In this document: one piece after another, positions 33,484-64,000 of the stretch
Layout of the letters: every line of letters begins with the position of its first letter
Position numbering within the stretch: the first letter of the stretch is position 1
Source: the human T2T-CHM13v2.0 reference genome, Homo sapiens
DNA length: 64,000 nt
Reading direction: 5' to 3' (one strand)
Assembly (NCBI RefSeq): GCF_009914755.1
Contig: NC_060933.1
Position numbers and translations under genes: made by a program
Notes under the pieces: model-generated
What the model was told of the DNA's origin: nothing
The model's input: only the letters and a program-made list of their open reading frames with translations
Database searches by the model: none

Positions 33484-33778
33484 GGCTGGGCGCGGTGGCT
33501 CACGCCTGTAATCCCAGCACTTTGGGAGGCCGAGGTGGGCAGATCACGAGGTCAGGAGATCAAGACCATCCTGGCAAACATGGTGAAACCCCGTCTCTAC
33601 TAAAAATACAAAAAAAAAAATTAGCCGGGCGTGGTGGCGGGCGCCTGTAGTTCCAGCTACTCGGGAGGCTGAGGCAAGAGAATGGTATTAACCCGGGAGG
33701 CGGAGCTTGCAGTGAGCCGAGAATGAGCCACTGCACTGTAGCCTGGGCGACAGTGTAAGACTCTGTCAAAAAAAAAAA
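33484..33778 (+). mobile_element. Alu (Y/Sc-type)
   Basis: Full dimer plus poly(A). Confidence 0.93.
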
Positions 33779-33870
33779 TTTTTTTTTTTAAATAATAAAT
33801 TAAAAAAAATAAAAAAGAAAATATTTTGAACTTACAAAGATGTATATGAATTCAAAGTAAAAACCCTTGA

Positions 33871-34199
<329 letters not shown>

Positions 34200-34940
34200 C
34201 ACAGCAGCCCTTTGAGGCTGTTGAATATCTGTGAGAAGATGAACTGGATCTTAGATCTACAACCATACTGTGCACTGCTGCGTGGCTGGGAGGGAAGTAG
34301 GAGTTGGAGGGGAACTGGAGGTTTGACCTAATTTCAGGATTCTGTCTCTCCCTTATGGGGCTAAAATAAAGAATGCAGAATTTGAGTAAAGTCTCTATTT
34401 GCTTTCTATATACTTTGCTACATTTCTTTTTCTACATTACTTTCTCCTTTTCTATTGAGATGTGTTGTGAAGTGTATCTTTCCTGCCTTATTTGATCTAC
34501 CTTTCTATGGCTGTTCTCTGCCCTCTGTTGGCAGGTTCTCTTGGACCTGTCCGTCTGTGTGCAGGGGACAATTGCATGGAGTCAAAGCCCATTTCTGCTA
34601 GTCAGGTCAGCAGAGAAGATATTTTGTTTTCTGGAATTCTGTAGGCCTGGGAGGCATGATCTGGTGTAGAACAAACCTGAGGATCCAGATTCAGCTGCAC
34701 AAATAGGTTTGTTATAAAACGTTTAATGCTGTCAGTTTGGGGCATCAGAGCCTATCACGAAAATTAGCATGAGCCCGAATCCCATGGTGGTTGCAGAGCT
34801 CAACTAGGGTCTTGAGGCACCTTTGGCCTGAGTGTAACCAGGATTAGGATTTCTTTTGAAGAAGGGACAGGGCAGCTTGGAAACCATAGGAGATTCTAGC
34901 AGCTGGCCAATTTGATGCTCTGCAGTTTAGTTCTGGATCA

Positions 34941-35297
<357 letters not shown>

Positions 35298-35689
35298 TTA
35301 TAGCTGGTATCTGTTTGTGGATTAGAAGAAGGCCATGACAGTGCTACAAAGAGAAAGTTGGACCCTAGCTGGTTGCTGCTTAGGCCAGTAGAATCTAGAT
35401 TTCCTAGGTTTTCTATGTATTGCAGCATGGTCACCAAATACAGCCAAAATATTATTGCCCATATCAATGACAGCAGTGATAGCTTGGATAGTGGGATATA
35501 TACATAACCGAAGTTCTCATTTATTTAATATTTTCAGCTTTCCCTCAAACATGAAAAAATAAACACCAAAAGCCTTTCACTGTGTGTTAATAAAAAACCT
35601 CATTAGGGGATTTATCTTTTATCTCCCCACTCCTTCCCACTTCCCTTTTGTCTTTTAAATTTTATTTTTAGTTTTTACTTATGTTTTCT

Positions 35690-36193
35690 TTTCCTTTCTT
35701 TCTTTCTTTTTTCTTTTGAGATGGAGTCTTGCTCTGTCGCACAGTGGCGCGATCTCTGCTCACTGCAATGTCCGCCTCCCAGATTCAAGCGGTTTTCCTG
35801 CCCCAGCCTCCCAAGTAGCTGGGATTACAGGTGCCCACCACCACGCCCAGCTAATTTTTGTGTTTTTAGTAGAGACGAGATTTCACCTTGTTGGCCAGCC
35901 TAGTCTCGAACTCCTGACCTCAAACAATCCTCCTACCTTGGCCTCCTAAAGTGCTGGGATTACAGGCGTGAGCCACTGCACCAGGCTCCTTCCACTTCCT
36001 TTTTTTTTTTTTTTTTTTTTGAGACAGGGTCTTGCTGTCACCCAGGCTGCCTCTATCCTCTGGGATCAAGCGATCCCCCCACCTCAGCCTCCCAAGTAGC
36101 TGGGACCACAGGTTCGTGCCACCATATCTGATTGATTTGTTTGGTTTTTAATAGAGATTATAGGCATTACAGGCAAGAGCCACCGTGCCTGGC
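35690..36193 (-). mobile_element. Two antisense Alus (35690-35986; 36000-36193 deleted copy)
   Basis: Antisense Alu consensus. Confidence 0.88.
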
Positions 36194-37479
36194 CCCTTCC
36201 TACTTTCTAGTTAACTGGCCAACTGGGAGGAAAAGGGAAAGGCAAGATGCTTGAATGTTTAATCCCTAACATAATGAAGAATAGTCCTTAATGTTCAGAA
36301 TAATGACATATGATGCACTTGTACTTGCGTAGGAGTCTGGGTGACAGTGGTGGCTGATCCTCACTGAGGGCTGCAGGTGTTCCAGAGAGACTTGCCTGGG
36401 TTTGGTGGCTATTATATTGTAAGCACAGCTTTCTACAGTAAGTTCCATGAGTCAGCAAAATATCTATAAAGAGCCTCTCCTTGGAGACCATGAAACCTGC
36501 ATTTTAATCTCTCTTTTGCAACTAAAAAGCCATGTGGGATTGGGGGAGAGGAGCAAGTAAGGACACTGCGACCTTCCTCTCTGGGATTTGGTTTTCAATT
36601 ATCTTTAAATGAGAGGGCTAAACAATATATTTATATGATCCTCTTAGCCCTGCCATTCTGTAATTCTTTCAGGAATTTTGTCATTTTGGATTTGCTTGTC
36701 TCATAAAACAATGTGTAGTTGCTTAAAAATCAACTATTCTATTTGGTTGACTTGGTCTAAAGTATTTCTCATGTTGTCTCGTCATTCTTTTGACTGTTCC
36801 TTTTTTTTTTTTGCCTTGGCCAGATAGGACAAAATTCCTTTTCACTGCAGTATTGGGAGCCTGGAACTAGAGTTACCAACCCCTCTGCGTTAAAGAAGGA
36901 GCTGTCCTGAGGCTTCCATCTCTACTGGGCTTGAGGCAAGAACATTGTTAGGGACGGCCTGCTCTTGGCCTCTGTGCCCCAGGGATTGCAAATGCATGTT
37001 CCTCAAAGGTAAGGGCTGTATCATTCGGCTTTCTTTGTATTCACAGGTACAGCTTGTGCTAGGCAGCCGGTGTTCAATAAATATCGTGCCTAAGGATAAA
37101 GTGGCATTGTCCTTAATTTCCCCCACCAAACCACTAGGTGTCGCCTTCATCTCAGGGAAACCATGCCCGTCCTCGCCCTATACACTCCCACCCCACTCCA
37201 GGGCTCCAGGAGCGCTCTTAGCTTGTGATTTCTGGAGAAATAGCTTGAAGGGGGGAGAGAAACCGTGGCTCTTAGCGCGGGCAGAGAATGGGCTTATGTG
37301 CATGTCCTTTATGACAGTTGGAGAAAAATCCCCAAGGTCCCATAGCAGTCCCTCTCAGCCACCATGAGATCATCCCTCACAAGCTGTTCTTGGGGTCAGA
37401 TTGGCACTCCAGATATGAGGGCCCTAGGGAGAGCTTCCTAAGGGAAGCTGGGAGCAAGGTGGAACCCCAGGAGAGCGTG

Positions 37480-56179
<18,700 letters not shown>

Positions 56180-56376
56180 CTGCACACACCAGAAATGGAC
56201 ATTTTCATATGCAATGGAAAACAGCCACAAAAAAACCTACCTTATATGGAAGTTGTAGCCCTCTGCAGCTCAGCCCTGTACATATACCTGTCCCTCTCTG
56301 GCTTGGTCCCCTTCCTCCCTACTTTCTGTAAATATCTGTATCTAAACCAGAATATTTTGGTCAAATATAAAACAAT

Positions 56377-56382
56377 AATAAA
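56377..56382 (+). terminator. NPR2 poly(A) signal
   Basis: AATAAA about 265 nt after the stop codon, followed by GU-rich sequence. Confidence 0.8.
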
Positions 56383-56604
56383 AAAAGTTCTGATGTCATA
56401 GTGTGGGATAGGGGCAATCCCAAGGAAAGGTTATGGGGTATGCACACAGTGACTCACAGAATCACTAAATTAGCAGTCTTGGGATGAGAGAGAACCCTTT
56501 ATGTAAAGCCTCTTCAAGTACAGTGAGAATTAACTTCCTCCCGACCTCTCTAGTGCAGACAGAAATAGATTCCATATTCCATACCCCACTTCCCTCCTCA
56601 CCCC

Positions 56605-58814
56605 TCAGAAAGGAGTCATTCTCCCCCCTCCACCACCCAGCCTTCCTCCGGGACAGGGAAGGGAAGATATTTCTCCCAATTGGTAGGGGTAATTCTCAGG
56701 TTCATAGGGCAAAAGTTTCCCCAGAGACAAGGGTACTGGTGTTGAGAAGCTGCAGTTCTTCCGGAATGGTGTGTCCAATGTCCTGATGTTACTGACACCC
56801 TGGAGGAGTGCCAGGATGAGGATGGATCCCACTCTCCCCAAGCCAGAACAAAACAACTCTGCCCTACCTTTCCTGCCCCGCTCTGCCCCCAACACCTAGT
56901 CACCCTCACACACCGGCAGCTGTGGTGCCCTCTGTATCCAGAAGGTCTCAGGTTGCTCCTGGCGGTAGTCGTGAGGCTGTGAGGGAGGGTACTGAGTAAC
57001 TCCTGGCCTTCAGCCCTCTCTCTCAACCTCTGGGCTTGGTACTTGGCCACAGCCTGTCAGAGCCCAGCTGGTGCAAGTGGCGGGGGATGGGGGGTGGGTT
57101 CTCACCTTTGTTGGGGCAGGAGTCCCTGCTTGTGCCAGCTCCATTCGGTAGTCATGGTGTGTCACAGACTCAACCTCGAAGAGCTTCCTTGTGGGTTCCT
57201 GTTCTGCCTGCACCTCTTTACTATGTAGCCCGAGGGGTGTCAAGGCCATTCTCACCCAATTTTTCTCCTCCCCATCCCTCTTCCCCTTTACCCAATCCCT
57301 TACCAGATCTGATGCTGCAGGAGCATCTCCAGCATGGCTTCACGCTTCCCTGTGAGAGAGTTGGGGGGTGGGCAAGGTGGGGTCTGGTTAAGAAGGAGGC
57401 CCAGAAGAAACTAACTTGAGAAAAGGAAGAAGAACCTTGGGGTTCCGCCCTTATATCCACTGGAGAATCCACAGCCCCACCAGAAATTCCTTCCTCTTCT
57501 TCCCTCTGAGTAATGGGCTCGTTCTGGCCTACCCTCTCACATTTCACACCTCGAAGTGGCCAATAGACGTTTCCTGGTGGCTGGTACGAGTCTTTCTGGG
57601 TGGTGCTGGAGGGCATGGGTGACTTTAGTTGCATAGTCAGCAGTCCCCGGTGTCCGTGTCGGAAGAAAAAACTCTCAGAGCCATCCTGCATGCTTGGGAC
57701 TTGATCCAGGTGGTTGGTGGCTCTCTGTGGATCCCAAGTTGAATGACTATAATATCCCTTCTGGTACCCACCCTCATGTAAACTACTGCCTCCCCTAAGA
57801 AACTGAGGGCAGCCTTCAAGAAAAGGGAGCAGGCCAAAACTTTAATACCTCTTCCTCCCAGTTGTAGAGGAGGCACTGGCCCCGCGGCAAAGTTTCATAG
57901 CAAACCATAAGCTTCCCTTTAATGTCTGGGGGTTTCCATAGTCCTCGGGCACCCGGTTCTAAGACTTGCAAAAATTCCCAAGGTGGTTGTTTCTGGGGCT
58001 CCCAGGGGCAGTGCTGACTCCAGGAGGTATAGTTAGGGACCCGATCTGCCACCAGGTTTCTGAACCCTGGAGGAATACAGGGGCTGAGCTCAGAGTCAGG
58101 GCCAGTGTCTGGACCAGGCCCAGAGGCAGGACCAGGATGAGAGCCAGAGCCATGACCAGGACCAGAGCCAGGACCAGAGCCAGGACCAGGACCAGAGCCA
58201 GAGCCAGGGACAGAGCCACAGCCAGGACCAGAGCCAGAGCCAGAGCCATGGCCAGCACCTGAGCTGGAACCAAGAACAGGCCCAGAGCTAGAGCCTGGAA
58301 CAGGGCCAGGATTAGAACTATGGTCAGTTGTAGTGCAAGTGTCCTGAGCAATACAGGAAACATAGACGGGCTCAAAGCCAAGACTCCCATGGGCTATATT
58401 GTGGGTAAAGCCGGGTCCCGCACAGGGCTCCCCAAGAAGGCTGGGGTCAGAGGACGGCTCCATGAACTCAGAACAGGGCGCTGGGGTCTTTGTAGATAAT
58501 GCAGCTGCTTTGGCAGTGGTGAAGGCTGCAGTAGCTGCAGCAGCTGATGCAGCCGCTGCAGCTGCTGCGGTTGCAGCTGCCAGGGCCGACCTGGGACTGT
58601 CATCTGAAGAAGGAAACGGTTCCGAAGTGGGCCCCAGTCCTTCGGAGCTGGGCTGTATGTCTAAAGATCTGAAAGAAAGCAAACACGACATGGCTGTCAA
58701 AAGCGCAGCAGAGGAAGTCAGCTGACCTTCCTCGTCCCCTTATGCCTGCAGCCAGAGCTGCGGCTCTCACCGCGACCGCGACCGCGATCCCTCCGTAGAC
58801 TCGTTGGTCTCCAT
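56605..58814 (-). CDS. SPAG8: Sperm-associated antigen 8, ciliary/sperm microtubule inner protein (485 aa)
   Basis: Exons 58814-58771, 58668-57849, 57724-57550, 57349-57304, 57220-57106, 56976-56914, 56799-56605; all GT-AG and in frame. METNESTEGSRSRSRSLDIQP..., poly-Ala, Gly/Ser/Pro repeats, LLYNWEEER (NWE motif), Mn-like STTQKDSYQPP and SVTHHDYR, ends GGGGGRMTPF*. Confidence 0.96.
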
Positions 58815-58834
58815 CTTCAGACTCCAGCTACTGG

Positions 58835-58848
58835 GTTGCCATAGAGAC
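58835..58848. promoter_or_regulatory. RFX X-box at the SPAG8 start
   Basis: GTTGCCATAGAGAC, about 20 nt upstream of the ATG; ETS CGGAAGT at 58930-58936. Confidence 0.7.
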
Positions 58849-59641
58849 AGCAAACAACTCCTGGAGCCTGCGCAGAAGTACAGCTGGGCGGACTTGCAGG
58901 TGGCGGTGGAGGCAAGTCCTCTGCGGGGCGGAAGTCTTCAGCCTAGTGCTGTTAGGGAGGTCCGCTTTCCGGTCCCGGCGGCATTCCGCCTCAGACGGGG
59001 TTTTAGGGTTCCGCTGGCTTAAGACCTCGCCCTCCACGTCCAAACAGTCTTTGCGTGCGGTTTTCTAAGATGATGCTTTATGGGGATATGTTGGAAACAG
59101 GCACAGGGTTGTGGCATTAGATTACAGCCTACTTGGTGTTTGCTGAGAGGCAAGTAGCTTCCCCTTAGTTTGCTTAGTTCATTCTCAAAAGTGAGTGGGG
59201 TCTTTAACAAATGTTAAGGATGAAAATAAACAAACTAGCTTGAGCAAAATGGTGAGACGTAGAATAGTGAAAAGGCAGCCGCTTTTGTTTGGGTGTGATT
59301 ACTCCTCCTCTAATAAAAGACCCTCATATTGACCACCCTCCTCCTAAGCGCCCTTAGAACCTGGTTTGACCTCTGAAGAAGGGCCAGGATTGGCTTTCAG
59401 TTTCTTCCTACTCATTTAGGCTCATTCCTACTGTTACTTTTCTAGAAGCTTGACCTAGGGTGGACCACTTGTCAAGAAGACTTACATATCTGCAGGCAAC
59501 ATTTAACCACAGGTTGGACCTCCTCAGTGTCTTTCACTCAGACCAGTCAAGGGGCATCATAGCCCTGAATCAGTTTTCTTTCCCCTTTGTGGTATAAAAT
59601 TTTATATTAAAGACAGGAGAGCATAATTAAGGGAGAACAGT

Positions 59642-59647
59642 TTTATT
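59642..59647 (-). terminator. HINT2 poly(A) signal
   Basis: tttatt on plus = AATAAA on minus, about 74 nt after the stop codon. Confidence 0.8.
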
Positions 59648-59720
59648 AGCATCACAGGGTCCATTTTTCCCTTTCCATCCAAGCATCCAGAGTCTGGTGT
59701 CCTTTAATCAGTTGGCAGGT

Positions 59721-61646
<1,926 letters not shown>

Positions 61647-62557
61647 CTTCCCTGAGCCGCGGGAACCTCTCACCCGGGTCAGCACTCGGCTCCGCGGCCG
61701 GCCGTGGGTGGGGACTCCGGGCGCGGGGAAGCGGGGTAGTGGCGGCCGGGCGAGCCCTGCTACCCCATTGGAGCGCGCCTCTGAGCACGATTCACCCCAT
61801 TGCCTCTGCAGCCACTTTGGAGGCGGGCTCTTTTCATCTCATTGGCTGCTTCTACCAACGCGAGGACAATTTTCCATTCCATTGGTTTCGTCTTCTAGTC
61901 CGTGTGAACGTTCTTTTCCCATTGGATCCCCTTACTAGTTTCTCTGTGAGAGAAACTTCCACTCCATTGGAAGGATTAATGGAGCCTGGAGGTGGGATTT
62001 TCTCCTAGTTGAATCTGATACACAATTCTGGCTTCTAGGTTGCGGCTCCCGAGTGGGTGGTTCTTTTCGTTCTTGGTTCGTCCTCTTCAGGTCTGGTTCC
62101 TATTGGTGCGCGGGGAGAAGGGGGCGGGGCTCCGTCACCTGCTGCAGAAAGGGCTGTTTTAGACCCTCTCACCGCTTTGGCCAGGAGGAGGGCGGGGCTC
62201 TGAGGGCATCCGGCGCTTATTGGCTCCAAGAACCACCCGGGGTGGGGCTAAAGGTGAACGGGGATGAGGTGTGTTTTTTTGTTTTTGTTTGTTTGTTTTA
62301 ACTGGCGGGGCTGATGCGCAGCATTTTCTCCACAAGGGCAGTTTCAGTCCCTTGAGCATTTTGGAGATTTTAATGTACTTATCTAAGGGAAATTCTTCCT
62401 TAATTCTATGTTCTTGTTAACGCATTCACTCCATAGATTAAAAAGTCTGTGGTTTTTGCATTTTTTTTTTTTGAGCAGGAGGAGATAAGAGTGTCCTATA
62501 TTTGCCGCACAAGAATTATAATAAGCAAAGGAGTATGTATTCATTGTTCTTTTCTAA

Positions 62558-62914
<357 letters not shown>

Positions 62915-63689
62915 AATAAGTCAGGTTTGCACTGCTGGAATATATATTTTTGACATAAGAAACGTGGGGTCACAAAATACTAATATTCTCAGACGCTAGG
63001 TAAGTTTTAGTCTGATATCACATAGGACAAGTTACCACTGTTTCTTTGGTTTTTCTTTTTTTCTTTTTTTTTTTTTTAAACACATGACCTGATACATATA
63101 GGTGGTCAGTAATTGTTGAATGAATAACATTTGGTGTTTCCTGTCTTTTTTTCATAATATGTAATATGTATTGCATATGATACTAACCCATGTGTAATCA
63201 ATTTTTCATATTTTTACAGTCTACGTAAATATAGTTTGTATTGGCTGCTTATTATTTCCTTCAATGAGTTTATCATAGTAATCCTAACTCTATTGTTGAC
63301 TATTAGTTGAATTAGTTTTAGGTGAATGGTTATCATGGGGCATATAACCACTGTTGGGGAACTTTGCTTCTAGAGATATAACAATCTCTTTTGTATAGCT
63401 ATATTATTGTTAGAAAATCCTTTCTCCTCTAAAGGGCAGACATTTGATTCTGTGATTTTCCCCAGGGATCCTAGCAGTCCAGATTGCATTCCTTCCCTTG
63501 GAGGAACAGATGGCCCCCCTAATTGTGAGGAAATGTAGAATGGCCTCTTCTCTGGGCCCCGGAGGCTGCAGTTCTCTGTGGTGCCTCTGGGACACTGGGA
63601 GACCCTAGAGTTGCCCTGGAGAAGGGCGAGAGATAAGTGGATCTGGGATCTAGGAAGAGGAAGGAAGCCAGTCTGGAGGATAGGTGGAT

Positions 63690-63850
63690 ACAAAGCACTT
63701 TGAAATTAGTTATTTCTTTGGTTCTCATAGAAAGTAGGCAACACAGAGGTTATTCCTGTTTTACAGGTCCAGAAACTCAGCCTAAAGAGGGACAGTGACT
63801 TGCCTGGGTTCACAGAGCCCATTAGTGCTGGAATCTCCTACTCCCATAAG
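63690..63850 (-). mobile_element. MIR-family fragment
   Basis: tattcctgttttacaggtccagaaactcag...gtgacttgcctgggttcacag. Confidence 0.6.
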
Positions 63851-64000
63851 AACCTATGGACTCCCTTGTGACTTCCCACATTCACTGATTTTGATCCTTG
63901 GCCCACAGTTTTCTCTACTTCAAGCACTTATCACCTTCACTTGCCCTCATCTGAAAGATGTTATGCTCTGCAGCCTCTGAACACTGTCTCTTGTACTCCA

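Noticed and set aside
57959-58725. Alternative-frame and antisense ORFs over SPAG8 exon 2 (ALALVL and RARTR repeats)
   Set aside because: Shadows of the repetitive Gly/Ser/Pro and Ala codons in the real reading frame.

Overview
Human (primate) genomic DNA, recognisable from protein sequence as the MSMP - NPR2 - SPAG8 - HINT2 cluster (9p13.3 by established knowledge). From left to right: MSMP exons 1-2 (minus strand, gene continues off the left edge); an orphan CpG island (~3.6-4.15 kb); ~32 kb of Alu/L1/L2/MIR/DNA-transposon-rich sequence that includes a probable MER121 ancient conserved element; the complete 22-exon NPR2 (guanylyl cyclase B) CDS on plus; the complete 7-exon SPAG8 CDS on minus, tail-to-tail with NPR2; and the complete 5-exon HINT2 CDS on minus with a CCAAT-rich promoter. 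I checked every exon boundary by hand for GT-AG and frame (NPR2 1047 aa, SPAG8 485 aa, HINT2 163 aa). I found no new multi-gene system, CRISPR array or RNA gene. The most interesting signals are: a SPAG8 splice path whose coding sequence overlaps NPR2 coding sequence on the opposite strand and ends in a repeat-derived exon; several latent NPR2 isoform switches (two open in-frame introns, a 71-nt intron, a duplicated 5' splice site, tandem acceptors); a young AluYa5 and a 45-bp VNTR in NPR2 intron 12; and a possible upstream promoter/exon for MSMP. Repeat family names come from my recollection of consensus sequences and their boundaries are approximate.
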